Positions 63,951 to 64,000 of a stretch of 64,000 nucleotides of DNA are shown in pieces (the first letter of the stretch is position 1; every line of letters begins with the position of its first letter). Where the stretch lies: positions 38,068,001 through 38,132,000 of the forward strand of contig CM060732.1 of the NCBI GenBank assembly GCA_030704615.1, written 5' to 3'. The position numbers and the translations under genes are program-made. The notes under the pieces were generated by a model. It was not told the DNA's origin, did not search any database, and worked only from the letters and a program-made list of their open reading frames with translations. This stretch comes from Takakia lepidozioides. Taxonomy: Eukaryota; Plantae; Bryophyta.

Positions 63951-64000
63951 AGTTTTCTAAAAGCCTGGTCGGTACCTTTTTCGAGGACGAAATCCCTAGT

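Overview
This is eukaryotic, repeat-rich nuclear DNA from a land plant with flagellated sperm, most likely a bryophyte, lycophyte or fern. That is inferred from a probable ciliary gene, PLS-type PPR remnants, an intronless NCED and the TE families present. Apparently intact host genes: a two-exon DUF7054/At4g22758-like gene (15292-16235 +), a probable flagellar-associated protein (18335-19057 -) and a 9-cis-epoxycarotenoid dioxygenase (58308-60326 +) with ABRE/G-box motifs and a tandem repeat upstream. An intact 545-aa ORF (26719-28356 +) joins a CCHC zinc knuckle to a retropepsin and has no LTR, PBS or RT nearby, so it is a candidate domesticated Gag-protease gene. The rest is nested TEs. A copia remnant has a half-tRNA-type PBS. 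A Galadriel-like chromovirus forms a three-LTR tandem under one GCAAG TSD, with snap-back repair scars at both deletions. There are also LINE fragments, Tourist-type and hAT-type MITEs, and a shuffled PPR pseudogene. A large decayed Helitron carries Rep, a PIF1 helicase and a C-terminal Ulp1/C48-like protease. A higher-order repeat with tRNA B-box-like motifs and an atypical kinase ORF lie upstream of it. All family calls come from motif recognition by eye; no database searches were run.
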